Assembly: GCA_000004985.1 (NCBI GenBank)
Contig: GG739206.1
DNA: 3,809 bases
Reading direction: 5' to 3' (one strand)
Source: Naegleria gruberi
Taxonomy: Eukaryota
A program made the translations under genes and the position numbers. The notes beneath the pieces were generated by a model. That model searched no databases and had not been told where the DNA came from. It saw nothing but the letters and a program-made list of their open reading frames with translations. Positions 1 through 3,809 of the stretch are shown one piece after another (within the stretch, counting starts at the first letter, position 1; every line of letters begins with the position of its first letter).

Positions 1-1259
1 AGATCATGATCGATACATTCTCCATGGGATGAACATGTACTGGAATCATTAGCTGAAATGTTGAAACAAATTGGAATTTCACATTGCATTCCAGTATATC
101 CTTCATGACATTGACATTGATCTGGTTTTTGACAAATACCATGTGAAAAACAAACAGGTTGGTTGGTGGCATTTATACCAAAACATATTGGAATGGAGCA
201 ATTGAGTCCTGTATAATTTGAATGACACATACATTCATTATATTGAATACATTGTCCATTACCATTACACGACTGAGTTTCATTTGATGGAATTCCAAAA
301 CAAAGTGGAATTTCACATTGTAATCCAATATGATTTTCATGACATTTACAATTATTTGGAGAATAACATTCACCAAATCCATTACACACTGATTGATTGG
401 AAGCATCAATGTTGTAACAAATTGCCATGGAACAATTTTCAGCTGTATATCCTTCAAAACACGAACAGTTATTTGGAGCCAAACATTGTCCATGTGAAGA
501 ACAAACCACTGACTGACTGGAATCTAATCCATAACATATTGGGAGTGAACAATTCAATGCGGCGGTGTATCCATCATGACAAGAACAGTTATTGAACTCA
601 ATGCATTCTCCATGAGATGAACATGTACTGGAATCATTAGCTGGAATATTGAAACAAATTGGAATTTCACATTGCATTCCAGTATATCCTTCATGACATT
701 GACATTGATCTGGTGCTTGACAAACGCCATGTGAAAAACAAACATGACTTTGATCAGTGGCATTAATTCCAAAACATATTGGAATGGAGCAATTGAGTCC
801 TGTAAAATCTAAATGACACACACATTCATTATATTGAATACATTGTCCATTACCATTACACGACTGAGTTTCATTTGCTGGAATTCCAAAACAAAGTGGA
901 ATTTCACATTGTAATCCCACATGATTTTCATGACATTTACAATTATTTGGAAAAGTACATTCACCAAATCCACTACATACTGAACTATTGGAAGCATCAA
1001 TATTGTAACAAATTGGAATGGAGCAATTATCAGATGTAAATCCTTCATGACATGAACAATTATTTGGTGATAGGCAATCACCATGTGAAGAACAAACTAA
1101 AACGTCGGAACTGTTGAGAGCATAGCAAACTGGACTGGAGCAGTCAATATCCACATAACTAGGCATGCAACTGCAATTGTTATGATCAATACAAGAACCA
1201 TGGCTTGAGCATACCAAGCTATAATTTGCTAATATTTCAAAGCAAATTGGCACTTGGCA
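1..1259 (-). repeat. Two complete 588-bp higher-order repeat copies (1259->672 and 671->84), plus the start of the next copy at 83->1. Each unit is 117 or 120 bp.
   Basis: Unit tops on the minus strand are 1259 (A-like, divergent), 1142 (B-like, divergent), 1025 (C), 908 (D), 791 (E), 671 (A), 551 (B), 434 (C), 317 (D), 200 (E) and 83 (A). There is an exact 65-nt match between 61..125 and 649..713, which is 588 bp apart. The protein-level unit order A-B-C-D-E is the same as in the array above the gap. Confidence 0.85.
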
Positions 1260-1580
1260 TTCTAGTCCTGTATATCCAGTGTCACATTGACAAGTATCCC
1301 AATTCACACATTTACCATGTGAAGAACATATTGAACTTGAATTAGTTCCATTAATACCATAGCAAATAGGAATAGAACATGTCAAACCAGTAAATCCCAA
1401 TTGACATTGGCATTCATCAACGGATTGGCAGGAACCGTGAGAAGAACATACATTGGAATCATTAGCTGGAATGTTGTAACAGAGAGGAGTTTCACATTGT
1501 GATCCAATGTGATTCTCTGAACAAGAACATTGATTTGGAGATGTGCATTCACCGAAAGAATTACAAGCTGAACGGTTGTT
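1..1580 (-). CDS. Continuation of the same tandem EGF-like-domain protein (the same gene, or at least the same exon family). Partial: it enters from the N gap and continues past position 1.
   Basis: I translated the minus strand by hand from 1580 down to 1 in the frame whose codons end at coordinates congruent to 2 mod 3 (1580 itself is the first base of the first codon, 1580-1578). There are 526 consecutive sense codons and no stop, reading NNRSACNSFGECTSPNQCSCSENHIGSQ|CETPLCYNIPANDSNVCSSHGSCQSVDECQCQLGFTGLT|CSIPICYGINGTNSSSICSSHGKCVNWDTCQCDTGYTGLE|CQVPICFEILANYSLVCSSHGSCIDHNNCSCMPSYVDID|CSSPVCYALNSSDVLVCSSHGDCLSPNNCSCHEGFTSDN|CSIPICYNIDASNSSVCSGFGECTFPNNCKCHENHVGLQ|CEIPLCFGIPANETQSCNGNGQCIQYNECVCHLDFTGLN|CSIPICFGINATDQSHVCFSHGVCQAPDQCQCHEGYTGMQ|CEIPICFNIPANDSSTCSSHGECIEFNNCSCHDGYTAALN|CSLPICYGLDSSQSVVCSSHGQCLAPNNCSCFEGYTAEN|CSMAICYNIDASNQSVCNGFGECYSPNNCKCHENHIGLQ|CEIPLCFGIPSNETQSCNGNGQCIQYNECMCHSNYTGLN|CSIPICFGINATNQPVCFSHGICQKPDQCQCHEGYTGMQ|CEIPICFNISANDSSTCSSHGECIDHDL. 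The unit types are the same as those above the gap. The track does not list this frame because it has no stop inside the window. The mod-1 frame that the track carries through the gap (1382..1580 of ORF 1382..3655, 'TTVQLVILSVNAHLQ...') is the wrong frame here. Confidence 0.9.
84..200 (-). other. Representative single EGF-like domain (E-type unit, 39 aa): CSIPICFGINATNQPVCFSHGICQKPDQCQCHEGYTGMQ.
   Basis: This unit has the canonical EGF cysteine framework. Its first Cys is the terminal Cys of the preceding domain and 'SIPI' is the inter-domain linker. It then runs Cys-x10-Cys-x5-Cys-x5-Cys-x-Cys, followed by an 8-residue loop containing G-Y-x-G before the next Cys. N-A-T and N-Q-P lie in the first loop. 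Confidence 0.8.
1260..1580 (-). repeat. A more divergent partial higher-order repeat copy next to the gap: a C-like tail, a D-like unit and an E-like unit.
   Basis: The units CETPLCYNIPANDSNV...QLGFTGLT (1496->1380) and CSIPICYGINGTNSSS...DTGYTGLE (1379->1260), plus the partial ...NSFGECTSPNQCSCSENHIGSQ (1580->1497), keep the 6-Cys scaffold and the unit order. Their loop sequences differ much more from the canonical D and E units than the other copies differ from each other. Confidence 0.7.
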
Positions 1581-2554
1581 NNNNNNNNNNNNNNNNNNNN
1601 NNNNNNNNNNNNNNNNNNNNNNNNNNNNNNNNNNNNNNNNNNNNNNNNNNNNNNNNNNNNNNNNNNNNNNNNNNNNNNNNNNNNNNNNNNNNNNNNNNNN
1701 NNNNNNNNNNNNNNNNNNNNNNNNNNNNNNNNNNNNNNNNNNNNNNNNNNNNNNNNNNNNNNNNNNNNNNNNNNNNNNNNNNNNNNNNNNNNNNNNNNNN
1801 NNNNNNNNNNNNNNNNNNNNNNNNNNNNNNNNNNNNNNNNNNNNNNNNNNNNNNNNNNNNNNNNNNNNNNNNNNNNNNNNNNNNNNNNNNNNNNNNNNNN
1901 NNNNNNNNNNNNNNNNNNNNNNNNNNNNNNNNNNNNNNNNNNNNNNNNNNNNNNNNNNNNNNNNNNNNNNNNNNNNNNNNNNNNNNNNNNNNNNNNNNNN
2001 NNNNNNNNNNNNNNNNNNNNNNNNNNNNNNNNNNNNNNNNNNNNNNNNNNNNNNNNNNNNNNNNNNNNNNNNNNNNNNNNNNNNNNNNNNNNNNNNNNNN
2101 NNNNNNNNNNNNNNNNNNNNNNNNNNNNNNNNNNNNNNNNNNNNNNNNNNNNNNNNNNNNNNNNNNNNNNNNNNNNNNNNNNNNNNNNNNNNNNNNNNNN
2201 NNNNNNNNNNNNNNNNNNNNNNNNNNNNNNNNNNNNNNNNNNNNNNNNNNNNNNNNNNNNNNNNNNNNNNNNNNNNNNNNNNNNNNNNNNNNNNNNNNNN
2301 NNNNNNNNNNNNNNNNNNNNNNNNNNNNNNNNNNNNNNNNNNNNNNNNNNNNNNNNNNNNNNNNNNNNNNNNNNNNNNNNNNNNNNNNNNNNNNNNNNNN
2401 NNNNNNNNNNNNNNNNNNNNNNNNNNNNNNNNNNNNNNNNNNNNNNNNNNNNNNNNNNNNNNNNNNNNNNNNNNNNNNNNNNNNNNNNNNNNNNNNNNNN
2501 NNNNNNNNNNNNNNNNNNNNNNNNNNNNNNNNNNNNNNNNNNNNNNNNNNNNNN
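1581..2554. other. Assembly gap: a run of 974 N inside the EGF-repeat coding array.
   Basis: Uninterrupted n characters. Both flanks are minus-strand EGF-repeat coding sequence. The coding phase differs across the gap: codon ends are congruent to 1 mod 3 above and to 2 mod 3 below. The stated gap length therefore cannot be the true length if this is one exon. Confidence 0.95.
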
Positions 2555-3809
2555 AATAGCTGGAATATTGAAACAAATTGGAATTTCACATTGCATTCCA
2601 GTATATCCTTCATGACATTGGCATTGATCTGGTTTTTGACAAATACCATGTGAAAAACAAACATGACTTTGATTAGTAGCATTAATTCCAAAACATATTG
2701 GAATTGAACAGTCTATTCCTGTATAATCTGAGTGGCACACACACTCGTTATATTGAATACATTGTCCGTTACCATTGCAAGCTTGAGTTTCATTTGATGG
2801 CACGCCAAAACAAATTGGAATTTCACATTGTAATCCAATATGATTTTCATGACATTTACAATTATTTGGAGAATAACATTCACCAAATCCACTACATACT
2901 GAACTATTGGAAGCATCTATGTTGTAACAAATTGGAATGGAACAATTATCGAATGTAAAACCATCAAAACATGTACAGTTATTTGGAGCCAAACATTGAC
3001 CATGTGAAGAACAAACCATTGATTGACTAGAATCTAATCCATAACATATTGGAAGGGAGCAATTCAATGCAGCAGTGTATCCATCATGACATGTGCAAAG
3101 ATTATGGTCGATACATTCTCCATGGAATGAACATGTGCTGGAATTGGTTGCTGGAATGTTGAAACAAATTGGAATTTCACATTGCATTCCAGTATATCCT
3201 TCATGACATTGACATTGATCTGGTGCTTGGCAAACGCCATGCGAAGAACAAACAGTTGGGTTGGTGGCATTACTTCCAAAACATATTGGAATTGAACAGT
3301 CTATTCCTGTATAATCTGAATTACACACACATTCATTATATTGAATACATTGTCCATTACCATTACACGACTGAGTTTCATTTGATGGAACTCCAAAACA
3401 AATTGGAATTTCACATTGTAATCCAATATGATTTTCATGACATTTACAATTATTTGGAGAATAACATTCACCAAATCCATTACACACTGATTGATTGGAA
3501 GCATCAATATTGTAACAAATTGGAATTGAACAATTATCGAATGTAAAACCATCAAAACATGAACAATTATTTGGAGCCAAACATTGTCCATGTGAAGAAC
3601 AAACAATTAGCTGACTAGAATCTAATCCATAACATATTGGAAGGGAGCAATTCAATGCAGCAGTGTATCCATCATTACATATACAAAGATCATGATCAAC
3701 GCAGTTACCATGTCCATAACAAGAATGTGAAAAATTGGCAGGAACATTGAAACAAATTGGAATTTCACAATTGACACCTGTATAACCATTCTGACAGGTA
3801 CAGGTATTA
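2555..3809 (-). CDS. Internal fragment of a large extracellular-type protein built from tandem EGF-like domains (tenascin/teneurin-like 6-Cys EGF array). It is partial at both ends: it continues upstream beyond 3809 and downstream into the N gap.
   Basis: I translated the minus strand by hand; codons end at coordinates congruent to 1 mod 3. Position 3809 is the third base of a split codon, so full codons run 3808 down to 2555. Reading from 3808 downward gives NTCTCQNGYTGVN|CEIPICFNVPANFSHSCYGHGNCVDHDLCICNDGYTAALN|CSLPICYGLDSSQLIVCSSHGQCLAPNNCSCFDGFTFDN|CSIPICYNIDASNQSVCNGFGECYSPNNCKCHENHIGLQ|CEIPICFGVPSNETQSCNGNGQCIQYNECVCNSDYTGID|CSIPICFGSNATNPTVCSSHGVCQAPDQCQCHEGYTGMQ|CEIPICFNIPATNSSTC..., ending at the gap with ...CEIPICFNIPAI. 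There is no stop anywhere. The track's ORF 1382..3655 starts only at an internal TTG (3653-3655) shown as M; the frame is actually open up to 3809, with 3656-3808 encoding ...GHGNCVDHDLCICNDGYTAALN. Cys spacing is invariant, with 6 Cys per 39-40 aa unit. Confidence 0.9.
2591..3769 (-). repeat. Two complete copies of a 5-unit higher-order coding tandem repeat (A-B-C-D-E EGF-like units): 3769->3182 is 588 bp and 3181->2591 is 591 bp. Partial copies flank them at 3770..3809 and 2555..2590.
   Basis: First-Cys codons of the units sit at minus-strand tops 3769, 3649, 3532, 3415, 3298 for copy 1 and 3181, 3061, 2944, 2827, 2710, 2590 for copy 2. The 53-mer ggaatttcacattgcattccagtatatccttcatgacattgacattgatctgg is exact at 3171..3223 and also at 73..125 and 661..713; at 2580..2632 it has one mismatch. 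The 3-bp length difference comes from an extra residue in the first Cys-Cys loop of the second E unit (NATNQSHVC versus NATNPTVC). Confidence 0.85.

Noticed and set aside
218-595. Plus-strand ORFs of 86-125 aa (218..595, 2698..2958, 3169..3546), translating to His/Tyr/Ile/Asn-rich peptides such as MNDTYIHYIEYIVHYHYTTEFHLMEFQNK...
   Set aside because: They are antisense to the EGF-repeat coding strand. The sense strand is dominated by TGT, CAA, AAT and ATT codons, whose complements (ACA, TTG, ATT, AAT) contain few stops, so long antisense ORFs arise by chance and recur with the 588-bp period. They have no cysteine periodicity and no recognisable domain.
173-1084. Minus-strand ORFs 173..493, 554..772 and 809..1084, of the kind MDNVWLQITVRVLKDIQLKIVPWQF...
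   Set aside because: They are on the correct strand but in the wrong frame: mod 1, whereas the stop-free EGF frame here is mod 2. They are +1/-1 frame readings of the repeat and repeat themselves with the repeat period.
1382-1580. The 3' tail of track ORF 1382..3655 (TTVQLVILSVNAHLQ...LLV, with a stop at 1382..1384)
   Set aside because: The ORF carries the upper-region frame through an arbitrary-length N gap. Below the gap the real coding frame is shifted by one base, and that frame has no stop at 1382. The apparent C-terminus and stop codon are therefore artefacts of the gap length.
1499-2691. ORFs 1499..2653 (+), 1543..2559 (+) and 1561..2691 (-), consisting mostly of X
   Set aside because: They are N-run translations and carry no information.
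2713-3606. Minus-strand ORFs 2713..2916, 3064..3279 and 3301..3606
   Set aside because: These are frame mod 0 readings inside the upper CDS, whose real frame is mod 1. They are the same off-frame artefact as above.
1-3809. Calcium-binding EGF or Notch/fibrillin-type assignment
   Set aside because: No D/N-x-D/N-E/Q-x-C consensus precedes the first Cys of any domain, and the linkers are S/E-I/L-P-I. The spacing and the SSHG-type motif before the third Cys fit tenascin/teneurin-like non-calcium-binding EGF better, though family assignment needs an HMM search.
1-3809. CRISPR array or non-coding satellite as an explanation for the 117-bp and 588-bp periodic repeats
   Set aside because: The repeats are contiguous with no unique spacers and are in-frame multiples of 3. 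They encode a conserved cysteine framework across about 945 codons without a stop, so they are coding tandem domains and not a CRISPR array or satellite.
1-3809. Promoters, terminators, RNA genes, mobile elements
   Set aside because: The entire non-N window is interior coding sequence of one gene. No intergenic sequence, tRNA or rRNA-like structure, inverted terminal repeat or transposase-like ORF is present.
1-3809. Ciliate origin with TAA/TAG = Gln, or a prokaryotic origin
   Set aside because: No in-frame TAA or TAG occurs at all; Gln is CAA or CAG. The domain type and sequon density are eukaryotic. The track's TTG 'start' at 3653..3655 is internal to an open frame and is not a bacterial start codon.

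Overview
Apart from a 974-nt run of N (1581..2554), the whole window is one continuous minus-strand coding sequence, open at both window edges. It encodes an uninterrupted tandem array of about 24 canonical six-cysteine EGF-like domains of 39-40 aa each, with spacing C-x4-C-x10/11-C-x5-C-x5-C-x-C-x8. The domains resemble tenascin/teneurin-type EGF repeats: each has a 'CSSHG.C'-like motif and a 'C.C..GY.G..C' motif, with only a four-residue linker ('SIPI', 'EIPI' or 'SLPI') between the last Cys of one domain and the first Cys of the next. They are organised into a higher-order repeat of five distinct unit types, A-B-C-D-E, with a period of 588-591 bp (196-197 aa). The copies are roughly 80-90% identical and share exact 53-65-nt DNA stretches. 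The first of the two Cys-Cys loops in most unit types carries a conserved N-x-S/T sequon, as expected for a secreted, heavily N-glycosylated extracellular protein of an AT-rich eukaryote. GC content is about one third and the standard genetic code applies. The supplied ORF track misses most of this. The true frame below the gap (1..1580, 526 codons with no stop) is open-ended and has a different phase from the frame above the gap, so it is not listed. Every listed ORF except the 2555..3655 portion of ORF 1382..3655 is an out-of-frame or antisense artefact of the repeat. The N run is most likely an assembly gap from collapsed tandem repeats. No RNA genes, mobile elements, CRISPR arrays or regulatory elements are supportable. 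I could not identify a specific orthologue or species from sequence alone.
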